Origin: Podarcis muralis
Lineage: Eukaryota
Assembly: GCF_964188315.1 (NCBI RefSeq)
Contig: NC_135663.1
Span: 27,652,001-27,716,000, forward strand
Reading direction: 5' to 3'
Length of the DNA stretch: 64,000 nt
Below the pieces are notes generated by a model. The model was not told the origin of the DNA and made no database searches. It worked only from the letters and a program-made list of their open reading frames with translations. A program made the position numbers and the translations under genes. Numbering within the stretch: position 1 is the stretch's first letter; every line of letters starts with the position of its first letter. Positions 62,997-64,000 of this stretch are shown here, piece after piece.

Positions 62997-64000
62997 GTAA
63001 AGAATATTTAAAGCTGTTTATCAATAATTCTGTATTGACACGAGAGAGTTACTTCAGGCATCCAATAGTTTTCAAATCTTTGTACATATTATTGTCCATG
63101 TGTGGCCATTTATCCCAAAGCTTCCTTACATTTGATTCAAATATATATTGTTTGGATCCACAAACTCTTGGACAAGTTTTGTGGGGAGGATGAAAAACAG
63201 ACTGAATGCCTTTGAGAAAACACATGGAAAGGTATGACCATGTGTTTGTCAGCACACATTTTCAATGCAGTTCTCATTTTGCTGCATGATCCCATCCACA
63301 GTTAGCACATTTCATTGATGTACAGATGCCAATTTGCCACTGTCATGTGCATCAGTTTGCATGACTTCATTGGGGGGGGGGGGCAAGAAGCCCATCTGCA
63401 CAGAAGTGATCCAGAAAAGCAAGGATATCCAAGACATTATGAGGCCTTTCAATGAATCGTCAAGAGCACATTCGGAGTATATTCAAGAAGCAAAGCAGAA
63501 AACTTGGCAGAAATAAGAGGGCAGATTTTGCACATTTCCTAATCGAGACATATAGAGATTGGGGTCTCAGTCTTAGGTATAATTAGAACTTCTTGTTCTG
63601 TTTCCTTTGCCAGCAGTAGGGAGGAAAGAAACATGACAACAGTTGCCAGGAAACAATGAGCACAAAAATCACAAAGAACTGCTTCATCTAGGCATTTAAA
63701 TTGGCACACAGTAGGACAGAATGGCAACGCAGCTCATCGCATAGGGAAAGAGGCAAAGGCTTCCTTGCATCTGTGAGCAAAGCTGCATGAGGATCGGTAT
63801 TGCTACACCTTATCGTAATCATTCTCCTTGGCATTGATCCATACATCAAGGTGCTCAGAGATAATTTAATCCCAGTTGTGGCTGGTGGGGCAAACTGCTC
63901 TGCCAGCTTCAAAATACAGAGCCACTGCTGCCATTACTGAAAGAAGAAGGGGAGAGGTGAAATATGGGGAGCTCATACCTTTGGCAGAGCCAATGTGATG

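Overview
Vertebrate nuclear DNA, almost certainly squamate and probably a lacertid lizard (Podarcis/Lacerta/Zootoca-like). This is inferred from Sauria/Squam1 SINEs, Bov-B/RTE, CR1 and L2 fragments and a CAGTGGTACCTC Tigger-like MITE family. I recognise no host protein-coding gene, so the window reads as a large intron or gene desert. It holds many TE copies (several with clear TSDs), four solo LTRs, microsatellites, AT-rich CNE-like stretches and a few isolated exon-like segments. Nearly all long ORFs in the track are TE-derived or compositional artefacts; the only clearly protein-like ones are TE remnants (Bov-B ORF, RTE C-terminal zinc finger, CR1). Most notable: (1) a MITE plus 72 bp of its unique flank at 1056-1366 recurs, inverted, inside another MITE 22 kb away (templated repair/capture, or an inversion scar). 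(2) A 1.16-kb Tc2/Kanga-like non-autonomous transposon is filled with a GC-rich 118-bp double-hairpin satellite containing an internal inversion. (3) Minus-strand exon candidates have strong splice signals but stops in all frames. (4) Two related solo LTRs share an acidic/Arg-rich open frame. No CRISPR, rRNA or true tRNA gene was seen, and I cannot support a wholly new biological system from this window.
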